NCBI GenBank assembly: GCA_043753995.1
Contig: JAYUVP010000237.1
Location: forward strand, 1-16,791
From: Fibrobacterota bacterium
Lineage (GTDB): Bacteria > Fibrobacterota > Fibrobacteria > UBA11236
DNA: 16,791 nt
Direction: 5' to 3'
The notes below the pieces were generated by a model that worked only from the letters and a program-made list of their open reading frames with translations, searched no databases and had not been told where the DNA came from. Shown here in pieces: positions 1 through 8,018 of the stretch. Both the position numbers and the translations under genes were made by a program. Each line of letters starts with the position of its first letter. The first letter of the stretch is position 1.

Positions 1-116
1 TCGAAGTCGAGAGCCGCTTTCCATTTGGCATTGGTTGTGCCTTTCGCGGCCACAGGAGGGAGTGGGTTGCTGGGGTCGGCATTTTGCGTCATCGATGGCA
101 GTGGCGAAAATGGCAT
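1..116 (-). CDS. 5' fragment of a probable FlgJ-like flagellar rod-binding protein (runs off the left edge)
   Basis: Not in the ORF track. Manual translation from ATG at 116 gives MPFSPLPSMTQNADPSNPLPPVAAKGTTNAKWKAALDF(E/D), open to the edge. GAGGA lies 6 nt upstream. KWKAALDFE resembles the start of the FlgJ rod-binding domain (LkeAaqqFEa), and a sigma-54 promoter precedes the gene. Only 38 codons are visible. Confidence 0.55.
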   Translation of the reverse strand, partial: MPFSPLPSMTQNADPSNPLPPVAAKGTTNAKWKAALDF

Positions 117-164
117 GGGTCATCCTCAAAACCTCAAGCGGACCTTGAAGTCATGGCTTTCAAA

Positions 165-180
165 CGCAAAGGATATGCCA
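165..180 (-). promoter_or_regulatory. sigma-54 (-24/-12) promoter
   Basis: Minus strand reads TGGCATATCCTTTGCG: GG-N10-GC with TGGCA and TTGC matching the RpoN consensus TGGCAC-N5-TTGC. It sits about 50 nt upstream of the ATG at 116. Confidence 0.75.
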
Positions 181-245
181 TACCTGAGCCGTGCCGAATG
201 AAGGGATAGGGGTGAAATAAGTTGCCCCGAACCGGCAAAAAGGTT

Positions 246-272
246 TCAGGCTATGGAAAAAAATGCCGATAA
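246..272 (+). promoter_or_regulatory. possible sigma-28 (FliA) promoter facing the CBS gene
   Basis: Perfect -10 GCCGATAA at 265-272, with TCAG (consensus TAAA) exactly 15 nt upstream. The -35 match is weak, and the site overlaps A-tract repeats that may instead be enhancer sites. Confidence 0.35.
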
Positions 273-450
273 AAAAAATGACCTGGCGGAGCAACCCCGG
301 GGGGCCTGACCCTCCTGGCCTGCCTCAGGGACGAGGGCTCGGGGCCTCCGGCCATGGTATCTTTCAGAGGGCGTCACTTCTGAGAGGCGTAGTTTAAGTG
401 TTACTGTTTCGGAGTTCGGTCGAGAAGTGGCCGAAAATTGCGGGGTAGGG

Positions 451-1065
451 ATGTCCTTCGCCGAATACAGTGTCGAAGGGGTTCGGTTTCACACCGGGTG
501 GCATTCCTTGTCCGGCTATTCGGATGCGGCTCCGCCAATTGGACCTATTTCTGTCGTGGCCCCTGGGAGGTCCGAGACATCCGATAATCCGGCTTTGGCG
601 CGGCAACGCGAGCGTTTGCGGCAAGATTTGCAGTGGCAAAAAAAGCCACATCCCGTTTTTATCGCGCGGGAAATCATGCATTCCCCGGCGATCACCATAA
701 GACTTGACCTTCCTTTATCCCAAGCGTTGAAAATTTTCCGTGATCAAGGATTCGGGCATTTACCTGTATTTGATATGCAGGGCAAGCCAGTCGGCTTGAT
801 CTCCCAACATGATGTGATGGAAATGTTGATACGTGAAGAAAAGTCCATCGGTGAATTGAATTCCATAATTGTCGCCGACAAGATGAGCACGCCCTTGCTC
901 GCTTGTCACCCGGATGCCGATATACGAGAGGTGGCCAGGGTTTTGGTTTCTCGCCGCATTGGTTCCCTTGCCGTAATTGATGAAGGGCACTTATTGGGCA
1001 TGATTACCCGCACCGATTTGTTGCGAGCTTTGATTGAGCACCCTTCGCTGCAATTGCTGGTTTAA
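451..1065 (+). CDS. CBS-domain protein (Bateman pair) with N-terminal extension
   Basis: Two CBS repeats: AREIMHSPAITI...FGHLPV...VGLISQHD and VADKMSTP...IGSLAVIDEGHLLGMITRTDLL. ATG at 451 after GGGGTAGGG is preferred over GTG at 427. An extended -10-like TGGTATCTT lies near 355-363. Confidence 0.85.
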   Translation: MSFAEYSVEGVRFHTGWHSLSGYSDAAPPIGPISVVAPGRSETSDNPALARQRERLRQDLQWQKKPHPVFIAREIMHSPAITIRLDLPLSQALKIFRDQGFGHLPVFDMQGKPVGLISQHDVMEMLIREEKSIGELNSIIVADKMSTPLLACHPDADIREVARVLVSRRIGSLAVIDEGHLLGMITRTDLLRALIEHPSLQLLV

Positions 1066-1079
1066 CCATCTTTGAGGTC

Positions 1080-1889
1080 ATGAACTCGAAGAAAAAGTCC
1101 CAACCTCCTATTGTCACCTACCTAAATGACGTGACGCTATTTCGCGAAGGCAAGGCGGCTTTGCGAAATATCAGTTTCAAAGTCGCTCAAGGCGAGCATT
1201 GGGTGGTTCTCGGCCCCAATGGCTCAGGGAAAAGCTCATTACTCGCCGTGATGCAAGGATGGCTGTGGCCGCAAAGCGGTGAAGTGCAGGTTTTGGGACG
1301 TCGCTTCGGGGAAGAAGATCTTTCCGACATGCGTCGCCATATCGGCTGGGTGGGCGCCGAAATTGAAGTGGAATTTCCCCGCTGGCAAAGCGTAGGAGAC
1401 ATCGTCTCTAGCGGTGGAGTCGGAACCATAGGTTTACAATTCGATGCTCCTGGGATGGCGATAAAACGCGAAGCCTTGCGGAGTTTAAGGCAAGTCGGTT
1501 TGGGCGGCTATGAAAATCGCCCTTGCAAGCATTTGAGTCAGGGACAAACCCGGCTTTTAACCATAGCCAGGGCCTTGATGACACGCCCCCGCTTGCTCAT
1601 TCTTGACGAGCCCTGCACGGGTCTCGATCCGGTAGCAAGGGAACGTTTTTTAGGTAGGCTCTCGGGATTGTTGAGGAAAAAGCAAGCGCCTTCGGCTTTT
1701 TATGTGACGCATCACGTCGAAGAAATTGTTCCGGAGATCACTCATGCCCTATTGCTGCGCGATGGCCAAATTGTGGCGGCGGGGCCAAGGTCTAAGGTCC
1801 TCACTCCAGAAAACTTTCGCGAGGCATTTGGAATGCGGGCTAGATTACGCAAGCATGAAGGCAAATACCGGCTGGTATTGGGAGCTTAA
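1080..1889 (+). CDS. ABC transporter ATP-binding protein (ModF/YlmA-like, single ATPase domain)
   Basis: Walker A GPNGSGKS, signature LSQGQ, Walker B LLILDEP, H-loop VTHH. GAGG lies just upstream. Starts 14 nt after the CBS gene. Confidence 0.9.
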   Translation: MNSKKKSQPPIVTYLNDVTLFREGKAALRNISFKVAQGEHWVVLGPNGSGKSSLLAVMQGWLWPQSGEVQVLGRRFGEEDLSDMRRHIGWVGAEIEVEFPRWQSVGDIVSSGGVGTIGLQFDAPGMAIKREALRSLRQVGLGGYENRPCKHLSQGQTRLLTIARALMTRPRLLILDEPCTGLDPVARERFLGRLSGLLRKKQAPSAFYVTHHVEEIVPEITHALLLRDGQIVAAGPRSKVLTPENFREAFGMRARLRKHEGKYRLVLGA

Positions 1890-1903
1890 TTCCAGCCGGG
1901 CTT

Positions 1904-3457
1904 TTAAGGATTGGCCGATCCCGGATTTTGCGCCGAGCTATTGACTTTTTCCTCTTTCACCTGAATTTCGGTGGCCGCAGGCCCTGGCGAGCTTGTCTGG
2001 GCCGCTGGCATTCCTTCGCCATAAACTCCGGCATCGGAGAGGGGCTTGAAGTCGTATTTCGCCGGATCCTCTTTGCGGGAATTGGTGGCCACAATGTGCG
2101 GCGTCACGAAAATGATAAGGTCGCGTTTTCGAGTTTGCGTGGCTCGGTGCTTAAACAACCAGCCCACAATTGGAATGTCTTTCAGCAAGGGTATGCCAGA
2201 TTCTGCTTCGGTTTCTTCCTTAGTTGTGAGGCCGGCTATCACGACGGTTTCACCATCTTTGACTAGCACATTGGTCTTGGCATTTTGCTTCTGTAAAATG
2301 ACTCCGCCCGCGGCTTGATCGACGCGGAAACTGTTTTTTTCCGGATACAGATCGAGCAGGACGCGCCCATCAGCCGTGACATGAGGGGTAACTTGCAAGG
2401 ACGTTCCGGCATCTTGCAATTGCAAGGCCTGGCGACCATTTTCGTCTAAGACGCGAATCGGGACTTGCTCACCCATGAAAATACGGGCCTCAGTATTGTC
2501 CAAGGTCGTGATTTGCGGCCTGGCTACCACTTCACCGCGTGCCGTCCGCAATAGATTCGCGACAGCGACGGCGAGGTTGCCATTGAGCATGCCGAAAGCG
2601 AATTGGGCCGTAGCTCCGGCGACACCGCCTACACCACCACCTCCGCTTGCATCACCACTGGAACCGCCAGAGAGACCGCCTGGATTACTGGTTCCCAGCA
2701 TATTGACATTACCGTCGGCAGGGGTGGGCAATTTACCTGCATTATCCCTCAATTGACCGAGATTGACTTGTCCATAACCGAATTGCCAGTCCACGCCCAT
2801 TTCGCGTAGGGCGTCGGCGTCGACTTCGATTAACTGCGCCTGAATATTGACTTGATAAGTCTCCACATCCAGATCTCGCACCGCAGCGCGTACTTCCATG
2901 ATATTGGAGCGAGTATCGAAAATCAGCAAGGCATTGTTGCGCTCGACGATATTGATACGGCCCCGAGGGGAAAGCAATCCCTTGATGGACGGCTCCAAGT
3001 CCTTGGCCTTGGCATTGCGCAGCTTGATGATATCGCGTAATAGCGGGGCGAGGGATCCGCTCTGTTGCATGGCCTGGGCATTTTCCACCGAGGTTTTGTT
3101 GAACTCGCCCATGGTCTGCACATACAAATAGCTGTCTTCCACCAGGTATTTGAGATTGAACATCTGGCAAAGGATAAGCATGGCTTCCTGCCATGTTTTA
3201 TCGGTCAATTGCAAATTGACGATTTCATTCCCGATACTGGGAGAGACGACGATGTCCACCCTCCCCGAAGCGGCAATCGCTTTAAAGGTGGCGCGAATAT
3301 CGGTATTCGAGAAGTTGTAATTCTGAGGCCTCGCACCGCCATTCGCGGGCCTTTCATTGGGCTTCGGGGAAGTGGCGATGTCGTCAGCGGAAACCAGGCT
3401 GATAGCGCAAATCGCCAGGCAAGGCCAAAGGTGCCTACGCAAACTCATTCGGGTCAT
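1904..3457 (-). CDS. pilQ: type IV pilus secretin PilQ (short form, no AMIN domains)
   Basis: Signal peptide, N0 domain (NFSNTDIRATFKAIA...W.EAM..L), Secretin_N domain (IIKLRNAKAKDL...ERNNALLIFD) and secretin core motifs ARPQITTLDNTEARI, GETVVIAGL, GIPLLKDIPIVGWLFK, DLIIFVTPHIV. ATGA overlap with the upstream gene; last gene of the pilMNOP operon. Confidence 0.92.
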   Translation of the reverse strand: MTRMSLRRHLWPCLAICAISLVSADDIATSPKPNERPANGGARPQNYNFSNTDIRATFKAIAASGRVDIVVSPSIGNEIVNLQLTDKTWQEAMLILCQMFNLKYLVEDSYLYVQTMGEFNKTSVENAQAMQQSGSLAPLLRDIIKLRNAKAKDLEPSIKGLLSPRGRINIVERNNALLIFDTRSNIMEVRAAVRDLDVETYQVNIQAQLIEVDADALREMGVDWQFGYGQVNLGQLRDNAGKLPTPADGNVNMLGTSNPGGLSGGSSGDASGGGGVGGVAGATAQFAFGMLNGNLAVAVANLLRTARGEVVARPQITTLDNTEARIFMGEQVPIRVLDENGRQALQLQDAGTSLQVTPHVTADGRVLLDLYPEKNSFRVDQAAGGVILQKQNAKTNVLVKDGETVVIAGLTTKEETEAESGIPLLKDIPIVGWLFKHRATQTRKRDLIIFVTPHIVATNSRKEDPAKYDFKPLSDAGVYGEGMPAAQTSSPGPAATEIQVKEEKVNSSAQNPGSANP

Positions 3458-5598
3458 TTCTTAGCCCTTTCCTGCATGGAGACCAGCTTCAGGGAATAGG
3501 AGCGGGAGATTCCGTATTCGGTGATATCGAAGGTGACCGCGTCGCGCGTGATGCGTGAAACCCGGCCATTATGCACGGGATCCCCTTGCTTCACGGTGAA
3601 AGAAACCGAGGCCTCTTTTAGATGCTGCAAAACCGCCATGGGATCGGAAGGATGCCACACGACGCCAACCACCTTCATTTGATCAATGTCTATGCCATTG
3701 TCGGTATTGCCTTCGGCCACGGGAATGAAGGGATCGCGGCGGCCATAGCTATTGTAATTCACGGGTTCATTTTCTTTGTTCTTCTGCTTGTCCTGCTCAG
3801 CCGTCAATCTTTCCTGGTCAAGCTTTTCCCGTAATGCCGGATCATTGGTTTCGGCCAATTTTTGCTCATCATTCGTGGCGATATGCAATTGCGCTTGGGA
3901 AACAGGAGTGGAAGCCTTCGGCGCTTTCACCTGGGCGGGCTCGGTAGTTTTTTCGACTGCATTCTCGGGCATGGTCGCTTCGGATTTTACCTCAGGCTTT
4001 ACTTCCGCCATTTCAGGTTGGGCGGGTACTTGAGGCGTGGGTTCCACGGTGACTTGGGTTGCTGCCGGGATTTCTACCGCTGGAGTTTGAGCGGCTGAGG
4101 CCGCGAGCCTGGCTTGCTCTTTGGCGATGCGAATGCTATCGGCGATAGCCAACTTGCGGGCTTTCGCAGCTTCGCGCTCCTCAGCGATTTGCCTGGCCTT
4201 GGCAAGGGTGGCTAAGGTTTTTTGAAGCTGAGCTTCTTGAGCCATGGTCATTTCGTCGGCATAAACGGCGGCCTTACGTGGCAAATATCCGGTGTCGCCC
4301 TCACTCACCACCCGGAGCCATTCCCCTTCGTTTTCCACCTTCATTATTTGAGCGCCCGCGGGAAGGGTTTTGATGGATTTGGCCTTGGGTGCGGGCTTCT
4401 CGCGCAGAGCCGCGGAATCTCGCAATAGCACCATGGGTTTTCCGGCGCCTGAGGGCTGAAAAACGCGACTGGAGGACAAACCACTTTTGCCTTGATCCAA
4501 GGTTTGTCCTTCGGCAAGTGCCGAGGGTCCGGATTCAGTGGGTAGTGCCGCCGAAAAAGTTTGGCCTTGTCTAGCCGACCATTTGAGGCCTTGCCCACCC
4601 GTGGCCGGTAAGGTCACCGCGATTTGATTTCCAGCCATGCCCACTTGAGCTGAAAGGGGGCGTCTTAACCGAATCAGAAAAAAAGCCGTATCGGAACCTT
4701 GCTTGAGTTTAATGCTGGCAAAAAGGCTGGCCTTGGGTGGGTGATACGATTTCGCAGGTAAGGCGATTTTGGCACCTGCAATGCCAAGAACCAGAAGTAA
4801 ACTGTCCTTGTTATCGCGCGAAATAGCATAGGACGAACCAAGATCTTTACCGATGAAAAGCAAGTCTTCCTGTTCGCTCCCAGCCACAATTTGCAAGTCT
4901 TCCACTTGTCCCGAAACCGTTGGAGCAGGTGCAGTGGGTGTCTCCGACTTGGTTGTGGGCATACTTGGGGCGGGGGCGGGCATAGGTGCCGGCGTCGCAA
5001 CAGGTTCAGGGGCGGTCGGCAACGTTTTGGTTTCGACGGAAGGGGTTGGTTCAGCCGGTATGGAAACAGCGGGTTCGACCGGTGGGGCTGGGGGAGTTTC
5101 AACCAATGCAGCGGGAGTGGAACCCTGGGATATTCCTTGGCTGGCCAACCACTTGAGCTTGCTGCCGCCTTTTCCTGCCAAGGTAATTTTGAGGCTAGAA
5201 CCACCTCCTGGCAAAAGGTTCAATTCCTGGGTTGGCAATTCAGCAAAGGCTATTTCCACCCCAAGAAAGGAGCGACCGGAAGGCGTCGTCACTTTTTTCA
5301 AAGCCATACCGGTGACGGGGGCTTCAGGCGGCAAATTCATTCGCCCCAGGGGGAGCGGTGAGGCTGTTTCCAGAAAACATATCGTCACAGTACGCGCGTC
5401 TTCATCCACCTTTTGGAAATAGAGGGGAAAGTCTTCGGCCTTATTTCCTTGGGCAAAAATGAATTTCAGAGTGGGCGACTTCCCCCCAGAAAGGGAAAGG
5501 TCGTTCAAATCATTGGCCTGGAGAAAAGCGGGAACAAGGGCGAGGACCAAGAAGGCCTGCCCCAGAGTGCGGCGGAGGGAGAAAGTTTTGCAGTTCAT
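3454..5598 (-). CDS. pilP: large PilP-like protein: signal peptide, two AMIN-like repeats, SH3b domain, low-complexity linkers, C-terminal PilP domain
   Basis: Lies between pilO and pilQ. The C-terminus YNSYGRRDPFIP...IDQMKVVGVVW...AVL...VKQGDPVHNGRVSRITRDAV is a PilP signature. The SH3b-like segment is ALREKPAPKAKSIKTLPAGAQI...GEWLRV...GYLP. The AMIN assignment is by pattern only. Confidence 0.75.
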   Translation of the reverse strand: MNCKTFSLRRTLGQAFLVLALVPAFLQANDLNDLSLSGGKSPTLKFIFAQGNKAEDFPLYFQKVDEDARTVTICFLETASPLPLGRMNLPPEAPVTGMALKKVTTPSGRSFLGVEIAFAELPTQELNLLPGGGSSLKITLAGKGGSKLKWLASQGISQGSTPAALVETPPAPPVEPAVSIPAEPTPSVETKTLPTAPEPVATPAPMPAPAPSMPTTKSETPTAPAPTVSGQVEDLQIVAGSEQEDLLFIGKDLGSSYAISRDNKDSLLLVLGIAGAKIALPAKSYHPPKASLFASIKLKQGSDTAFFLIRLRRPLSAQVGMAGNQIAVTLPATGGQGLKWSARQGQTFSAALPTESGPSALAEGQTLDQGKSGLSSSRVFQPSGAGKPMVLLRDSAALREKPAPKAKSIKTLPAGAQIMKVENEGEWLRVVSEGDTGYLPRKAAVYADEMTMAQEAQLQKTLATLAKARQIAEEREAAKARKLAIADSIRIAKEQARLAASAAQTPAVEIPAATQVTVEPTPQVPAQPEMAEVKPEVKSEATMPENAVEKTTEPAQVKAPKASTPVSQAQLHIATNDEQKLAETNDPALREKLDQERLTAEQDKQKNKENEPVNYNSYGRRDPFIPVAEGNTDNGIDIDQMKVVGVVWHPSDPMAVLQHLKEASVSFTVKQGDPVHNGRVSRITRDAVTFDITEYGISRSYSLKLVSMQERAKK

Positions 5599-5640
5599 GA
5601 TTTCAAATTAACCCAAATTCCCCAAGTTTTTCGGATCTGC

Positions 5641-6237
5641 TCATCGCTTGGAGGTGAAAGTGGTGAGTTGGAAGCTGGCCGTGACGGTACGTGGTTGCTC
5701 GCCGTGATCGCGGGCCATTTCCACTTCTTTTTCGATATCCTGCACCCGTTCTATCGAAACCTTGCTGATCGCGGTAGGGTATTTGAAGTTGGCGACCTCG
5801 CCGAAAAGCATACCCAGGGCGTGATAGCTGGAATTGATGGTCAGGGCATAATGGTTTTCTTTGTAAAACTCCTTCTCTTCGCTTTGAAGGGGGGTGAACT
5901 TGGTGGGAAGGGTGAGTGACTTGCGTGTTACTGCGGTTAGGTCCAAGAGACGCCGGGGAATGGCCTCTTCATCCGGAAACATCTCCTTGAGCTTGACGAA
6001 TTCCGCTTCCGCCAAATCGATTTCCGCTTCCAATTCCTTGAGGCGCTGTTTCTGCGCCATGATTTGCACCACATGGGCCTCCTTACGGGCGATTTCGCCC
6101 TGCAGGCGTTGGCTTTCCTCCGCATAGCCGACATATTTTTCGCTGTAGAAAATCCAGCCCATATAGGCGATGCCGATAAAAACAGCTCCAAAGAAAAGCC
6201 AAAGGCGCTGCGCGATAGTGAGCTTGAGGCCTTTCAC
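5641..6237 (-). CDS. pilO: type IV pilus inner-membrane alignment protein PilO
   Basis: N-terminal TM helix, coiled coil, FPDEEAIPRRL, KFTP...EKEFYKE...LTINSSYHALGMLFGEVA. GTG start overlaps the pilN stop (GTGA at 6234-6237). Confidence 0.88.
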   Translation of the reverse strand: MKGLKLTIAQRLWLFFGAVFIGIAYMGWIFYSEKYVGYAEESQRLQGEIARKEAHVVQIMAQKQRLKELEAEIDLAEAEFVKLKEMFPDEEAIPRRLLDLTAVTRKSLTLPTKFTPLQSEEKEFYKENHYALTINSSYHALGMLFGEVANFKYPTAISKVSIERVQDIEKEVEMARDHGEQPRTVTASFQLTTFTSKR

Positions 6238-6857
6238 AGCACCTTCTCCTCTTTCTTTTCTTCCTTGACCAATAGATCGATGCCGACATTGGGATTCAAG
6301 GCGATTTTCACCGTGAACAGAAAGGAAGTTTTTTCGCTTTCCTTGGTGAACTCAATGGCTCCGAGAGTCACATTGGTGAAGAATTCGTTTTTCCCCAGCT
6401 CAATCATGTATTCGGCGACTTCAGGAAAGACGAAGGTGCGGCCTCGTATTTCCATCTCGTTTTCATTGGCTTCGGCTTGCTTCACCGATTCAATCCACAT
6501 ATTGAGCGGCAGTGATTTGTTCACGCCTTCGAGAATGCGCACCCAGCGTCTTTTGCTCACACTGATGGATTTCAGAGAATTGTTCTTTGCCGTTTTTTCG
6601 TCACGCAGACCTTCTAACTCGCGAATTTTTTGGGCGACATTGGCATTGCGATCAATTTCGCTTTGCACCTTGGCTAGCTCAGCCTGCCGTGTTGCCAAAT
6701 TGGATTCGAACAGGGAGAGCGCACCGAACCAGCCCGCGCTAGCCAGAGCTAAGGCCACCAGGGGAGCCAGAAGGCGTAAATCGATAATCCACGAATAGTC
6801 TTTCTTGACTACCCGGTATTCGATGGGCAGAAGATTGACGTGAATGAAATCTGCCAT
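6234..6857 (-). CDS. pilN: type IV pilus alignment protein PilN
   Basis: N-terminal IHVNLLP (INLLP PilM-binding motif), TM helix, coiled coil, SLPLNMWIESV...EIRGRT...VAEYMIEL. Starts 1 nt after the pilM stop. Confidence 0.92.
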   Translation of the reverse strand: MADFIHVNLLPIEYRVVKKDYSWIIDLRLLAPLVALALASAGWFGALSLFESNLATRQAELAKVQSEIDRNANVAQKIRELEGLRDEKTAKNNSLKSISVSKRRWVRILEGVNKSLPLNMWIESVKQAEANENEMEIRGRTFVFPEVAEYMIELGKNEFFTNVTLGAIEFTKESEKTSFLFTVKIALNPNVGIDLLVKEEKKEEKVL

Positions 6858-6858
6858 A

Positions 6859-7941
6859 TTAAATCCGCCTCAGGGCCAAGCCGGTGGCGACGGTAAGTAA
6901 GGTGGAGATGTTCTCAGGAATTGGGCCATCAAAGCGTTTTTCGTCGAAGGCGATATGCGCCAGGGGGTTCATGATTTCAACTTCGACATTATGCCGCTTG
7001 GCTAAAATTCCCGCCAGATTCTGAATGCAGGCACCGCCGCCGCAAAGGGCGATCTTTTCGACTTTCAAGTTGTTTTCCGAGCTTTGGAAATAGCTGAAGG
7101 CTAAGTCGATGCCCACGGACAATTCCTCCGCCGAAAATTCGATGGCGCGATTGATAATGGCAGAATTGTGCTTTTCCAGCCCTTTGCCACGAAGGATATT
7201 GGCGGCCTCTTCCCGATCGATTTTCAAATTCTTGATAAGGGTCTTTGCGAAAAAATCGCAGGCCGTGGCGATATCTCGAGTGCTGTGATAGGTGCCATTC
7301 TTTAGAAAGGTGAGATTGGTCAAGGTCTCGCCAATATTGATGACCGAGACGACCTTTTTCAAATCTTCCTCGGGTGCGGAAAGCAAAAAGGCATTGCTCA
7401 CTGCGAAGGCATCCACATCGATGACCAGGGGGCGCAGGCCCGCTTCGTAAAGCAAGTCGATATAGGCTTGCATCACATTGTTCTTGGCGGCCACCAAGAG
7501 CACTTCCATCTCGGAGTTCTCGGGATTCTTGTGCAGAATCTTATAGTCAAGGGTGATATTATCGACGTCGAAGGGGCTGCGCTGTCCCGCTTCCATCAGA
7601 ATCACTTCTTCATCGCTCTCGGTTTTGCTGGAGGGCAATTTGATGCGATCGGCGATAACGCCATAAGACCAGGAAAGCGAAAGCACCACGTCTTTGAGCT
7701 TGCCTGTCGGATCGGTGCGATGCACCAAAGAAGTCAGCGATTGCAGTAATTCATCGCGGTTTTTCACCTCACCGTTTTGCAAGGTGTCCGGCTTGAGCAC
7801 GTGAATACCAGCGGCCATCAGCACAGGACCGCCTTGTCGATGGGCGATCTTGGCGATTTTGATGCTGTAATTGCCTATGTCGATGCCCACTGTCGCGGGT
7901 TCGCCTTGCACAATTTCCAGCAACTTGTCCCGAATTCCCAA
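6859..7941 (-). CDS. pilM: type IV pilus assembly protein PilM (actin-like fold)
   Basis: VGIDIGNYSIK, PFDVDNITLDY, EVLLVAAK, AGLRPLVIDVDAFA, INIGETLT, LCGGGA, VATGLALRR. TTG start with GAGGG 7 nt upstream. Confidence 0.95.
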   Translation of the reverse strand: MGIRDKLLEIVQGEPATVGIDIGNYSIKIAKIAHRQGGPVLMAAGIHVLKPDTLQNGEVKNRDELLQSLTSLVHRTDPTGKLKDVVLSLSWSYGVIADRIKLPSSKTESDEEVILMEAGQRSPFDVDNITLDYKILHKNPENSEMEVLLVAAKNNVMQAYIDLLYEAGLRPLVIDVDAFAVSNAFLLSAPEEDLKKVVSVINIGETLTNLTFLKNGTYHSTRDIATACDFFAKTLIKNLKIDREEAANILRGKGLEKHNSAIINRAIEFSAEELSVGIDLAFSYFQSSENNLKVEKIALCGGGACIQNLAGILAKRHNVEVEIMNPLAHIAFDEKRFDGPIPENISTLLTVATGLALRRI

Positions 7942-7988
7942 AGGTCGGCCCTCAAATCTTAGAGTTTCTGAAGTTTCTCAACTTTCGC

Positions 7989-8018
7989 ATTATATCAACC
8001 GGTTTTCCAGCCTTTCAA
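7989..8018 (-). promoter_or_regulatory. sigma-70 promoter of the pilMNOPQ operon
   Basis: Minus strand: TTGAAA-N18-TATAAT with an extended -10 (TGa TATAAT). The -35 hexamer contains the TGA stop of the upstream PilZ gene. Confidence 0.75.

Noticed and set aside
160..360. Possible c-di-GMP-I riboswitch or SRP RNA (ACGCAAAG at ~164; GGGACG...GCCTCCGGCC at ~328-353; GCCAGGTCA on the minus strand)
   Set aside because: The fragments are not in the right order or spacing. The GGCAAA/GAAA-tetraloop P2 of the riboswitch and the GGAA loop with AGCAG of SRP are absent.
2615..2680. Gly/Ser-rich insert in PilQ (GGLSGGSSGDASGGGGVGGVAG)
   Set aside because: Low-complexity variable loops at this position are common in secretins.
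1904..3457. Secretin as type II secretion GspD
   Set aside because: It has only N0 plus one Secretin_N domain and sits in a pilMNOP context. Whether the pilus serves twitching, adhesion or DNA uptake cannot be told from this window.
6064..6798. 244-aa plus-strand ORF and other long shadow ORFs (e.g. 4853..5422, 8133..8681, 11117..11710, 13681..14268)
   Set aside because: They lie antisense to well-supported genes and show no recognisable motifs.
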